Shown here piece after piece: positions 24,181 through 36,852 of a stretch of DNA of 64,000 nt. The notes beneath the pieces were generated by a model that saw only the letters and a program-made list of their open reading frames with translations, ran no database searches and was not told where the DNA came from. Position numbers and translations under genes: made by a program. Source of the DNA: Vitrella brassicaformis CCMP3155 (taxonomy: Eukaryota; Protista; Chromerida); the NCBI GenBank assembly GCA_001179505.1, contig CDMY01000520.1, positions 186,001 through 250,000 of the forward strand. The letters run 5' to 3'. Positions within the stretch are counted from its first letter, which is position 1, and the number at the start of each line of letters is the position of its first letter.

Positions 24181-27100
24181 TCAGTAAGTACCTTCTGGCT
24201 TGAACAGTGACGCTACTGGTGGGATGGTGGGCCCGTGCTGCTGCTGTTGCTGCTGGCCCCCACTCACACCACGGCTGGGCATGTCAATCAGCCCCTGCGG
24301 CAGGGCGCCCCCAGCCTCTCCGCTCAGATGACTCAAGTCCGTCTGGCTCGCCGCAAGTGCGTACTCGTGGTCGGCCCGGTCTCTCCCTGGGTGCATCGGT
24401 GGGGCAGGGGAGAAGTTGAAGCGGTTGGCGAGCGGTGTGGAGTGCTGGAGATTGGCGAGGGCGTTGCTGCCCGTCACCTCCCCCGTCTCCGCGATGGACA
24501 GCAGCTGGTGCGGACTGGGGTTGAAGAACGACGACGCAGTCGACCACTCGCCGCTCGTGAGCATCTTGTTGTCTGCCGCCTCGATTGCCTTTTCCGGCCC
24601 TTGTGGCTGTGCGTGTTGCTGTTGCCAGCCGTCAGCTGCTGCTGATGGGTAGAGTGCGGGGGCCTTCGGTCTTGTGCTGTGCTGCATGGGGGCGTCCTGC
24701 GCCATCCCATAGGGGGAGGAGAAGACGTGCTGAGGGACGTCACGGGGATCTGGGGGGCCGTGCATCTGCATTTGCTGATGCTGCTGCTGCTGGTGGGGCG
24801 GTGGCGCATCGTGGGTTGAAGGCGCCCGATATGGAGAGGGGTAGAATGTCAGGGGGCTCTGCTGCCGTTCTAGTGCTGCTGGTGGTCGCGGGCCGGAAGT
24901 CAGATGGGGGCTGGAGAGCTCGTCTTGCGAAGCCGACTGCATCATGCCGTTGAGGGCCTGGGGGTACCGATAGGGGTATGCAGAGGACACGTACGCACCA
25001 CCCGTTGCCGGCTGCGGCGAAGACTCCTGCGGCTTGTTCTGGTGCACTATCGACATGCCCCCATAGCTGCCACCCACACCCACACCCACACCCTGCTGCT
25101 GATACTGATGCCGTGAGCCCGGCGAGGGCAAGAGGCCGCTACCGTCACTGTCGCCCTGGCCCCTCTCAGGCTCCCTTGACGTGGCAACAGGCATCCCCCC
25201 GACCATCATTTTGTCCTCTAGTGGAGAGGCCGGCTGGCGCATGAACGACGGCAGGTTAGGCGAGTCACGTGTGTACCCATCCAGGCGATCGCTGGTGGGG
25301 TTCGGCGAAGCCACTGCTGCTGGAGGGGGCGGGGGCGGCTGCTGCAGATCCTGCTGTTGCTGCTGCGTCCAATGAGGACTCGACGTGTGAGGCTGCCCCT
25401 GATGCGGTTGCTGCTGCTGCTGCTGCTGGTGGTGGTTCCAGTGCGGGCTCGCTGTCTGATGCTGCTGAAGCTGTGGCGGCTCGTATAGATCCACACTGAG
25501 GGAATACTGCGGAGTGCTTGCCACGACACCAGCAGCGGACGGCTCATTGCTCCTCGCAGGCGTGCTCTTGACTTCCTCAACAAGGTCAGCCGGGCGATCG
25601 TGCCGCCTGGTGGGAGCCGCTGAGGGCGACGGCGAGACGCCCCCCTTCCAGGGCTCGTAGAAGGGCCCGAAGCTGAATAGACTGTGAGTGCTGCCGGTGC
25701 CAGCCCCGTCCCTCCTCTCGGTGCTGGTGTTGGTGGTGCCGCCAGCGCCCCACATGAGCGTCGCACCGGGGTAGTCAGGGAAAGACCCGTTCTGCTGTCT
25801 CCCCTCGGCCGTCGACTCCATCGCCTTGCCAGAGTCGCCCTGACCCCTGTTCGCATGCCCACTCGATGACCCGTTGGCAGTGTTGCCGCTGCTGTTAGGG
25901 AAGCTGGGGATGGCAAGGAGTCCGGATGACGACGACGGAGGGGCCTCGGCGGTGTTGCGGTAGGCCTCGTTGCCGTTGTGACTGGGCTGGCTAGGCGGCG
26001 GTGCCTGCGATGGATGCTGGCCGAAGAGGCTGCTCGACGGCGTGCTCAGCCGCTGGTCGGCGGCGGGTGACGCGCCGAGTATCCCCGGCCCCGCCGCAGC
26101 GTCACCAAACACGGGCAGTTTGGCCACATCATGCCTCCTCCCCAGCAGTGGGTTCCACCCGCTGTCCACCTCACGCCTGTCGTCCTCGCCCGCCGCACGG
26201 CCACGTTTGGGCGTCTTCCATATGTCGGCCTGCTGCTGATGCTGGCCGGCCTTGCGCGCGACGCCGCCAGTGGACCGAGGGGACGGCAAAGGGAGCAGGG
26301 CGCTCGAGTCGGCAGAGTTGGTCCGCGTGGTGGCGGTCAGGTCGCCCGCAGCGGGTGGAGGGGGAGGGGGCTGTTGTGACGACCTCAGCTGCTGCTGCTG
26401 CTGCTGGTGGGGGTGAGGGGGGAGGGGCTTGCTCGATGCTGCCTGGCTGCTGCGAGGCGGGCCGCTCAGAAGGCCATCGCCGGTGCCGCTTCCCAGTCCA
26501 CTGCTGGACGGCCCGATCGCCGGTGACGGCGACGCGACACCGCCCCACCTCTCGCCCTGCCCCTGGTCTTGCCAGATAGTGCCTCCAGGCCTCCATGCCG
26601 ACCACAAAGACTGCCCAGTGCCCTGACGAGCGAAGGTGTTCTCGCCAGGGAGGGGCAGTGGGTTGGCTGCTCGCGACACCGTCTGGACATTGGGGCGGTA
26701 GTCGTGTCCTCCATGGCCATGGAACGGGGGAGGGCGGCCCGACGATGCCGAGGTGCCGTTGGGCGTCGTGCCCAGCACCCCCGCAGACGAGGGGGGCTGT
26801 TGCGGCTGTGGCTGGAGGGGCGACGCGAACGGCTGTTGTTGTTGATGGGTGGCCATGGGTGGCGCAGCGCCGTGGGTCATATGTGTGTGTCCGGGCGCTG
26901 CCTGGCCCGATGAGGGGTATGTGTGCCGGCCCTTCGGAGGGACTGCCCGCGACCCGGCGGTGGCAATGTTGACAGCATTATGCTGGAACGGCAGGGGGGC
27001 CCTTGGCGACTGCGCCAGCACATCCGGGAGATGCAAGATGGACGACGCACTGCTGTTGGTGAAGGGTACGTCACTGAGGGTCTCCTCGTCCCTGAGGCGC

Positions 27101-28186
27101 CCCTGTGACGACCCAATGGGTGTGGCCCCTCCCGAGCTGACTCCCTCGACGCTGCCCTCCGTCCCGTCGCGCCTCTTGCGCCTGGCCGACACGATGAGCG
27201 TCTCGAGCGGCACGCCATCCCTCTTGGCCTTCTTCTCCAGCTCAGTGTGCCGGTAGCTGCGGGGAGTGGCGGAAGAGAATAATGGTGGGCTGGTCATTGA
27301 GGCGTCTGTCTGTTGTGGGCAGCTCACTTTCGTTTGCGTATTTCGTGGATGCCGTGTGCGTGGCGACACTCCAGCCCGCCCGGGCAGTGACCTAAACCAA
27401 CAGTCAGACACGCATGAGCAACATCCGAGACGTGTTGCCTTGCTGTCGCCTCACCGCGCATCCAGAATCGACAGAGAGATGTCTTGTAGTAGTCGGACGT
27501 GAAACGCAGCTCGCCGGCACTGACACGACACCATGACAGAGAGGGAGAGAGGGAGAGAGATTGACCGACAAGCATGACGTCGATACGTGGGGCGGCTGCT
27601 GTCGGCGTGCTTTGTCTGCGTGTGCTTACTGGTGGGCGAACTTGCAGTTGGGGCCGTCCCTGCAATGACCAGTCTGATGATGAGAAACACACAGAAGAGT
27701 GAGCAGGTGGGCATGACAAAATGACTGTCTTTCCCTCCCTTATCAGTCTTGTTTGTGTTGCCGCTGACCTCCTGCATCTGGTGGCACATTTTGGTCTTGT
27801 AGAGAGGGATGAGCGGCTGAAGCTCTTCCGCCTGCACGCCACAGTACATGTACAGCACACAGCACAGCCACAGCCACAGCCACAGAAGGAAGCATCACAT
27901 CACACGTAACGTACGCCAGACCAATGCAATACGTGTGTGTGATGTGCAGTGCATGCCGGCCTACCGAGTGGGCATATGTGCAGAGTTCTCCCCGAGTGCA
28001 CTTGCCCTTGGCCTGATACGGACATAACTTGATCCTGCACACACGAACAGTCACACGCCACAGCGTCATAATGTCATCAGACTCACTTTCTCAAAGTGAC
28101 TGAGCTCTTTTCGCCGTGCTGGTGCGGGCATACTTAAAGAACTGGTCCCTGAAGAGGGACACCTGGCCGTCGTCACGCAACGTCAT
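24181..28186 (-). CDS. Triple CCCH zinc-finger RNA-binding protein with a ~1000-aa Q/P/S-rich disordered tail
   Basis: MTLRDDGQVSLFRDQFFK|IKLCPYQAKGKCTRGELCTYAHS, YKTKMCHQM, YKTSLCRFWMRG..CPGGLECRHAHGIHEIRK, followed by one long open exon to 24181. Confidence 0.85.
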
Positions 28187-28577
28187 GCCGGCGCCGCGCT
28201 CTCAGCCACAGGCAGGCACCACAGTTTCAGGCTTCATTTCACTTCAAATCGACACAAGAAACGCTGTCATGCCCTCTCGGCTTCCTCATGCCTTTTAAAC
28301 TTCCCAACAGAAATGGCTTCCCTTCCCTCTCAGCTCGCTGAAGCTAAGCTCGCAGAAACGGCGAAGGGAGGGAAAGGAGAGGCGAAAGCAGACGAGAGTG
28401 AGTGGAGAGGCTGCGTCACTACTTGATTGAGAAGTTTCAGCGGACAGAAGTAGAGACAATCTCGTTCGCACCTCCTGGCCTGAGGAGTAGACGCGACCCT
28501 GCGGCAGCTCCGCTCCCAATCGACCACGAGAACCACCTTCCCGTCTGCAGTTCCGCCTTGCATCGTTTCCCTGAGCA

Positions 28578-30074
28578 ATGGTTGACCGGCTGAACGAGCT
28601 TCGCGACCTCGCACGTCAGAAGAACGTGGCGGTACCGCCTCTGGGTCCTGCAAGTGCGGGTCGTGACCTGGAGGCGCAGAGGGCCGATGCGGGAGGGACG
28701 GGCGGGGCGGGAGGTGCGGAGCAGGATGCCTCGTTCATGGCCGACTACTTCCAGAAGATAGGCCGGCTCAAGACCTCCATTGGCACCGTCAGGCACAACG
28801 TCGACAAGATTCGCAGCCTCAAGCAGGCGGCTATACAGGCCACTTCACCAGAGAACGAGAAAGGCACACACACACGGCCGCCAGCCAGTCATTCGACGCA
28901 CACGAGCGTACACACTGCTACCGCTCTCTCTGTGTGTGTGTGTGTCGATCAGAGATCAGCAATCAGCTGGAGGGTCTGTTAGAGGAGACCAACAAGCAGA
29001 ACACGGTCATCAAGAAGGCCCTCGAGGAGATGAAGCAGGAGAACACCGCCTTCGCACAAAAGAACAGAGACAGTTCGGAGGCCCGCATCCGCGAGAACAT
29101 GCATTCGGCGCTCATGCGCAAGTTTCGCGAGATCCTCACCGAGTACCAGGCCGTCCAGACAGAGTTCAAGCAGGACGTCAAGACCAAGGTCTCACGGCAA
29201 GTCCGCATAGGTACGCAGCAGCCAATGCATTCATTGTCCACGTCGGTCGCCCACATGTGGGTCCACGCGTGTGTCGCGTGGTTGGTTGATCCTGTAACTA
29301 ACTAGTGTACCCGGAGGCGTCTGATGCTGACGTGAGTGCGATTGTGGATGCGGGCGACATGTCCTCAGCGGCCGTCATCAGGGCCAGAATAGGCGGGGTG
29401 AGTGAGGGAGTGAGTCGGTGACATCCATAACCAAGATACCTCCATCCCGTCATGTGTGTTGTGTCTGTGCCTGCCTGTCTCGTCAGGGTCACGAGAGTCT
29501 GAAGGGTGCGCTGTCGGACCTGCAGGACAAATACAGAGACATCCGGAAACTAGAGCAAAGTAACACTGACCCCAAACACACTGACTGACCTCCAGACATG
29601 CATTGAATGCATGTGTGCCAATCCATCTTTTGTTTGTGCGTGTCTGTCATTCATTCAGGTGTGGCCGAGTTGCATCAGATGTTTGTCGAGCTGGCGACTT
29701 TGGTGGAGGCGCAGGGCGAGCTGCTCGACCAGATCGAATACTCCGTCAACTCGGCCGCAGAATACGCAAGTAAGAGACGGCCATTCACGTGCATTGCATG
29801 CCCACCTGGACGCACTCCTGGACGTGTGCCTGTGCGGCTATCTGTGTGCAGAGAAGGGGGAGCAGGAGCTGGTGCAGGCCAGGAAATTCCAAGAGAGGGC
29901 CAGAAGGGTAAACCACACACTGCACACACACACACACATACTAGGTACCTTGCTCACACCTGTCACATGGCCTTTGTGTGTGGGGGGGGCGTGCAGAATA
30001 TGTGTTGCCTGACGGTGATACTGCTCGTGATCGTTATCATCATTCTCCTGCCCATCCTCCTCACCACCAGATGA
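28578..30074 (+). CDS. STX1: Syntaxin-1-like Qa-SNARE
   Basis: MVDRLNELR N-peptide, Habc helices (FMADYFQKI.., RIRENMHSALMRKF..EYQAVQTEFK), SNARE motif [37 protein letters not shown], C-terminal TM CCLTVILLVIVIIILLPILL. Confidence 0.93.
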
Positions 30075-30705
30075 CACACCGAGCAGCGACCGAGCGGCTG
30101 ATTCTGGTGCCCGCAAGTTTTGTTGTCGGCGACGCAGAGAGGACTTTTGCTTGAAGCATTGCTGTGGCTGTGCGGCTTCTTTGTGGAAGGGGTGGACCCT
30201 CTTCCCTCGTGTGTGTATGCGTGTATGCCCACATGTGGCTGCGCAATTATTGGGAGGGAAAGACACACTGGATGGATCAGTGTGCGTGGTGTGCCTGGTT
30301 GGCTGCCTTGCCTTGCCTTGTCTTCTCTCTTGCTTGAAAGCCTCCTGCTCACCCTCTACCTATCTTCATATGTGGCTGGCTGGCTTCGCGCTGACCTGCC
30401 TAAGTTTGTGTACATATGTGCGAGCAGAGAGAGGGTGAGTTGACACACAATTCGACCGCCCCCCTGATGCATTCCTGCTCGAATGAAGGTTATTTTCATG
30501 AATGCATTGGTTGCACGTATGAGTCCCATGCCCCTCCAGGCAAACAAAGTGCACATCACCCACCCTGACTGACTGCCTGAGCCACCTCCGTAGGACGCTC
30601 CTCAGTCACCCACCCCGCCACGCCGCCCAGACACACATGCACACTCATGCCATACATACGATGGATGGATGCGTCGACTACATTCGTCTGATCACGAGGT
30701 GGGGC

Positions 30706-32894
30706 TTAGCTTGTGGCGAGTTCCCTGCGCAGGAAAGCCAGGTAGCCCTCCGGCTCGACCTTCTCTCTCTGCTTGCACACAGCAACAGACAGACCAGCCC
30801 ACACAATCCATCAGTCCACACAACTAGCGTGTGTCTCACATGCTGCCCTGCCCACCTACCTCAGCTTTCTTCCACAGGTCGAATGTGCGGTATCCCGCCG
30901 TGTGGCCCCTCAGGAAGAAGGACTGGTGCAGCTTCACATAGATGTCCAGCCCCAAAAAATACGTGTACCGCACCACTGCCGCACTGTCAGCCTGGTGGAC
31001 CACACAGGAGACATCTACATCATTCAGTGACTGACCACACACGGACAGTGACAACACAAAGACACTCGCATGGAAGCAAGGTGCCTGACCGCGGGGGCTT
31101 TGGCGTGCAGGGCGTATTCGAGAATCGGCGCAAACTCGATGGAATGGTCCTCAGAGGTGATAGGAGGCAGCTGCGGCACTGTCGTCTCCTTTGCCGCTAC
31201 CTGCCCTTCCTCTGCCGCCCTCTTGGCGTTGCCCTGCATCAGCTTCAGCTTCTGCAGCACATAAGGGCCCAGCCTGATGACAAGAGACGATCAGAGAATG
31301 GATGAGAGCATCGCTATGCGTGTCGTCAGTCTGTCTTCACTTGGCTTACTTGTTCCATGCGTCGAGGACGTTTGGCTCGTACACGAAGCAGAGGACCTCA
31401 TCCCTTACATCCTCCAGCCGCTGACGGACATCAGCCACGTACGCCGCGTCCTGCAGACAGACAGACAGACAGGCAGTCAGACCGGGAGGAGGAGGAACAG
31501 GATGTGCCCTTAACGTACCTTGGCTTTGATGTCCTGGTTGGCGGCGAGTGCGGCATAGGCGACCTTCATGAGTCTGCTCATGGCGATGAACTGTGCGATC
31601 TTGCCCACATTGCCGTCGTCGTCAGTCAGCATCTGCATCGCCGACACGTGGTGCTCGATGTGATGATCCAACTCAGGAAGATCCTGGGAGATGCCACTCT
31701 GACACACACATAGAGAGACACCATGTAAAGGATAGGGAAGTACTCATTGAGGGTACTGACACAGTCGCTGACCACATGAGTGGCGAGGCAGTCGTGTTGG
31801 TGGTCCGCCCCCAGGATGATGACGAAGCACTTGTCGCAGAACCAACGCATCTCCGCGGCGACCTCAGCTCCCTGCTCACCCTTACGCGCAATCGGCAGGG
31901 CCAGCGAGCCCTCGCCCTGCACAACCACCCCTGCAGCCGTCTCCGGCACACTTGGAGACACCCAACCTCTGCTCTCCGTCTCCGTCTCTGTCGATACGCT
32001 CGGCGGGTGTGCGGCAGCATCCATGACTCCCGACGGGGGCTCTGCGGGCGCTGGCGCCGGTCGGTGCTGAGCCTTAGTGTCCTCTCTCTGGTGCACTCTG
32101 CTCACAGCCGTCTGTCTTGGCGGCTCAGCTTTGGGTGGAGTCGGCACCTTAACAGCTGAAGCCGGTGCCATGGCTGCGGCTGCTGCTGTAGGCGCCGGTG
32201 GACGCTCCCAACGAGCACTGGGCCTGCCGGTGGTACTCAGCGGGTCCTGAACAGGCAGGGGGGGCTGTGCTTGTGCTTGCGCCGCGGCCACAGGTTGCTG
32301 CTGCTGCTGCTGCTGCTGCTGAAACGACTGCGTGACGGGCATGGGTCGACTCTTGAGTGTGTAGTCTATGGAGGCGACTTTGATGCTGTCCCGAATAGAG
32401 CCACGTCTGATACTGTGGTCCATAGCTGCAGAGGAGGTGACCTTGAAACTCTGGTCCATGGATGCGCCGCCTCCCCCAGCTGACGGGGGGAGGAGATACG
32501 ATTGGCCGCTTGGGTGCTGCTGAGCGGCCCCATGAGCACCTGATTGAGTGTGGTAGGCATAGCCTGGCTGAGGCTGAGGTGTGGGTTGACGCTGAGGGGC
32601 CATAGAGCTGCGGTAGTACTGCGGCTGCTGCTGTTGTGGCTGGTATTGTTGCTGACTCAGAGCCTGGTATGGTTGCTGCTGGTACTGCTGGTATTGTTGT
32701 TGCTGGTATGAGTATGACTGAGGGGCCTGACCGTATTGCTGCTGCTGCGCGTAAAAGGCAGCTTGGGTGTGTTCGGGCAGGCTGTACTGGATGTATTGGG
32801 GTGCCCCGAGATACTGGACGCTGCTCCCGGAGACGGTGACAGTCAGGTTCTGGGGAGCCTGAGCGGGCCGGGAGTAGCCGGGATGGCCGTACAT
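30706..32894 (-). CDS. Hypothetical protein: Q/Y/P-rich N-terminus, CxxC..HxHxC motif, helical C-terminal region
   Basis: Long first exon (MYGHPGYSRP..RWFCDKCFVIILGADHQHDC), then GT-AG exons SGISQDLPELDHH.., LQKLKLMQGNAK.., VRYTYFLGLDIYVKLHQSF.., EPEGYLAFLRRELATS*. Confidence 0.7.
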
Positions 32895-33190
32895 GATGTG
32901 TATGCGCGTCTCGAAAGTGGGTCGAAAGTGGGGAGCCTGTCGTCCGTCTTGGGCACGCTCCTCACAGCTGACTCACTGAGTCCCTTCAGTGAATTTACCG
33001 TGTAGCTCGCAATCGGTTTCGCGGAGAGCGCATGACTTGCTGAGGACTTGACTGAGGACTGCCGACGCGTCAGTGAGTGCGCGAACGAAGGACCGAACGA
33101 ACAGAGCGAAGGCGCCACCCGCACCTGACCTCAACGCCTCGCAGCACTCACACTTCCAGTGACTCTCATCATCCCAAGTCGGCAGATCCG

Positions 33191-33987
33191 ATGGCCTCCT
33201 CAGTACTGATATGCGCCCTGCTAGTCGTCCTCTCCTTCCCTGCTGCCTCTGCTCACTCTGCTCAGCCCTCTACTCTTATCTCCTTCACTCGCGAGCCATC
33301 CTGCAGAAGATGCCTTCTGGCACCCTATCGCCAGCGGCACGGACACACGGAGGAGTGTGCTCAGTGCATGGCCTTCTTTCTGGCGTCTTTTGGACTTCCC
33401 AGCGGTGAGCAAGTGGATGGATTGAAGGGAGAGAGAGATCTGAACCAACCGTTGGAGTGCATGTGTGTGTGACGGTTCTGTCTGTCTGTGTGCCTGCAGA
33501 GACGGATCACTTCGTGACGACCAGGGACGGCTGCATCTTGCGGCTGATTCGCATCTCCAACCCCGGCCGTCCGGTGGTGTTTCTGCAGCACCCGCTGCTG
33601 GCCTCCAGCTGGATCTGGCTCACCGGCGCCCCACTCATGAGCTCTGCCATTGCGCTGCATCAAGCCGGGTAGGTGAGGTGTCTGCCCGCACGCAGTTGGC
33701 CACGTACCCTGCCTGATACCTACCTGATTTGCCTGATTGGGTGTGGTGTGGTGTGTGGTGTGCGGTAGGTATGATGTGTGGATGGGCAACAGCCGTGGGA
33801 GCCTCTTCTCGGCCAACCACACGTCGATGAGTGTGGACAGCGAGGACTTTTGGTCGTATACATGGCAACACATGGCCATGTACGACATCCCTGCCAGCAT
33901 TCAGTACGTCCTCACACACACCCGCTCCCACGCAGATGGCCTCATCTATGTCGGCCACTCACAGGGCACCACACAGGTATGTCAATG

Positions 33988-34054
<67 letters not shown>

Positions 34055-35248
34055 GGTCATATGCCAATGCATTCATCTGGTGTGGTGTGCTATGTGCTAT
34101 GTGTTATGTGTTGTGCTGCATTGTGTGTCAGTTCTTCGCTTCCCAGTCCATGCCCCTCGACAAGTGGCGCCACGACAGCGAGCACCACAGCCTGCAGGGC
34201 GTGTGGACGGCCGGCGATGTGCCGGCCAACAAGGCTGTCAAGCTCTTTGTGGCGCTAGCACCAATCGCCTACATCAACCACATGAGCAGCCGGGCCTTTG
34301 CCCTTCTCAGCAGACTTGGCATCGCTGGGGCGGTCGAGAGATTGGGCATTAGACAGTTCCCAGCTGCCGAGGCCGTAAGCACCAACCCTCCCGCCCTCGC
34401 AGACACGCGCACACAGACCCTCGTTCACTCGAACGAACATGCCCTCTTGTGTGTGGTGTGTGTGCACAGGAGGTGACATTGCTGCGTGAGGTGTTGAAGG
34501 CCTTCTGTGGGGGGTCCATGACGCCTTTCTGCGTGGCGGTGGACCAGCTAGTGGGCGGCAATGGCAACAACCAGCACATCAACACCACCACAATGGACTG
34601 GTCGCTGCAGTGGTTCCCTGACAGTAAGCAACCATTCCACCAGATGCGCGAGGGGGGATCCACACCTTCACACCTTCCTTGTGGGTGTGGTGTCATGTCA
34701 TGGATGTGTGTGTCGCTGCAGCGACGAGTGTGATGGACATGAATCACTACGAGCAGCTGTTCCTTCAGAAGAGGTTCGGTCTCTATGACTACGGCTGGTT
34801 CGGCAACATCCAACACTACGGCACTATGACGGCACCAGCCTTCCAGCTCGAGCAGTGGCCAACAGACATCCCTGTCGCCCTCTTCCGGTGCGTGCCGTGC
34901 GTGAGGGAGCCACAATGTTAACACAGACAGACGTCTGTGTGGTGTCACTGCATGACGGCATGCTATGCGTATCTGTGTGTGTGCAGGGGTGAGTATGACG
35001 AGTTTGCGTCTGCTGCCGACGTGGATCAGATCAAGCAGAGACTGCCCCCGGGCACAGTGGTGTACGACAAGACCTACACGGGATTCGGCCACGTCACCTG
35101 GCTGATGGGCGACGAGAGCACGGCCTACTGGCTCGACGATCTGCGAGCTCTGCTGCACCAGTACGCCGATGCCGCTGGACAGGGTGAACATCCCACCGCT
35201 ACTGCCCCTGCCACTGCCGTTCGCCGCGGCACGCCATTGTGGATATGA
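33191..35248 (+). CDS. Secreted/lysosomal acid lipase family (alpha/beta hydrolase, lipase-3 like)
   Basis: Signal peptide MASSVLICALLVVLSFPAASA; VTTRDGCIL, VFLQHPLL, GYDVWMGNSRG, DFWSYTW, YDIPASIQYVL, YVGHSQGTTQ (nucleophile), ALAPIAY, GEYDEFA, GFGHVTWL. Confidence 0.92.
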
Positions 35249-35504
35249 GAAGCCGTGCTGCCTGCCAGCCTGCCTGCCTCTGTGTGAGGGTGGGTGGTGG
35301 GATGCAATGCATGGCGTGTGTGCGTGCGTGTTGTGCGGGCATTCAAGTCGTGATGCGTTTCCATTCGCGTGTTCATCTGTTCTATCGGGGGGTTTGTGAG
35401 GGGCTGGTAACGCTAAGGACGGTGCCGTGTTGATTGATTTGTGTCCTCACTCACCACCCACCTACTACTTGTCGTGTGCATGTCTATCTGATGGAGGATC
35501 TTGT

Positions 35505-36000
35505 GACGTTGGCGTTGTTCTGTATGAGCCACAGAGCGACGCCGCCGTCGCCAAGGTGCTGTCTCAGACAGGCAGAACACACACATGTGAGGGAGATGGG
35601 GTGGAGGAGATGCTATTGCACCCATTGCATCGACCTACTCACTCGCCGTTCGTCCATGCCTTCATTCGCTCGCGCACTTTGCCCGCCTGTGACGACACTC
35701 TCAGACACGCTGTTGACGCTGATGTCGTTCTGTATGAGCTACAGAGCGGCGTCACCGTCACCGAGATGTCAGGGGGTGACGTCACAGGGGGGGAAGTGAT
35801 GCATTACTATGCCATGACATCAGTTTTCTTAGGTAGTCGAGAGTGTGTTGGGGCGTGGGTGCATGCGTGTTGACATGTCTTGCGATTCATCCGGGACCGA
35901 TCGTCGCTCCGCTCATGTCGTGTGTATGCCTCACTCGCAGCGCCGCGACGACGGCGTCGTTCTGTATGAGCTACAGAATGGTGTTGCCGTCACCGAGGTG
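35505..36000 (-). repeat. Three diverged copies of a 54-bp unit (35505-35558, 35715-35768, 35947-36000); possibly ankyrin-like pseudogene fragments
   Basis: All copies share the core GTTCTGTATGAGC(C/T)ACAGA. Minus-strand translation: HLGDGGVALWLIQNNANV / HLGDGDAAL*LIQNDISV / HLGDGNTIL*LIQNDAVV. Confidence 0.8.
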
Positions 36001-36814
36001 CGGGGAAGGTGTGCATCACACATAGAGATGCTGTGCGACACACGAACGAACAGGGCTGTTTTTCGCCATAGGTGGCTGCAGTGAGTGGGTAAGACCGGGG
36101 CTCTGCTCGGCTCTGCCCTGCACTCCACACTCCGACAGATAGATTTTTCCTGCTGGCCGATGGAGTTGCAGACAGTCGCAGACAGAGATACTCTCGAGTG
36201 GATGACCGAATTGCATACATACCCTGTCCCGCTGTATGTGTGTTCTTTTTGTCCACCGGTCACACACAGGGGCGATTGGATGAAGGTTCTGACGATCGAC
36301 GTGATGTCAGTCATTTGGATGGGCACTTATGCTCATCTCTGGGAGTGTGTGTGTGTGCGTGTGTGTGTGTTTAAGTGTCGTGAGTGGTCCATCCTGCATA
36401 GAGTACAGCACACACACACGTGCGTGTGTGTGTGTGTGGACAGATGGGTGTCTTACCTCTCTCCCTGTGTGTGTGTGTGTGACGCTCATGAGGCGCCCAT
36501 GCACATGAGATGCAGCCACCTGCCTGGCTGCATTGATGCATTGGGCTTCCTTCCCACCCTGCACTCCTTCACACGTGTCAGGCAGCCAGCCAGCCATGCG
36601 GACGTTGAGCATGATGCATCTGTGTGCGACCGACTTGTACTCCCGCCCGTCAGATGCAGTGCAGCCAACGCCATGTGCGCCATGTGTCCCATGCATCGCA
36701 TCCGTGACATGCATCTCTTTTTCCTGCTCGTTGCTCGTTGTACGCTAGCTATCTAAATCATGAATGCCATGCCTTTGGAATGGAACCAATGCCGCTTTCT
36801 CAGAACGACTGACT

Positions 36815-36852
36815 TTCCTGAGAAAAGGCACCATTCCTGAGAAAAGGCACCA
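36815..36852 (+). repeat. Perfect 19-bp tandem duplication TTCCTGAGAAAAGGCACCA x2
   Basis: Read directly from the sequence. Confidence 0.9.
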
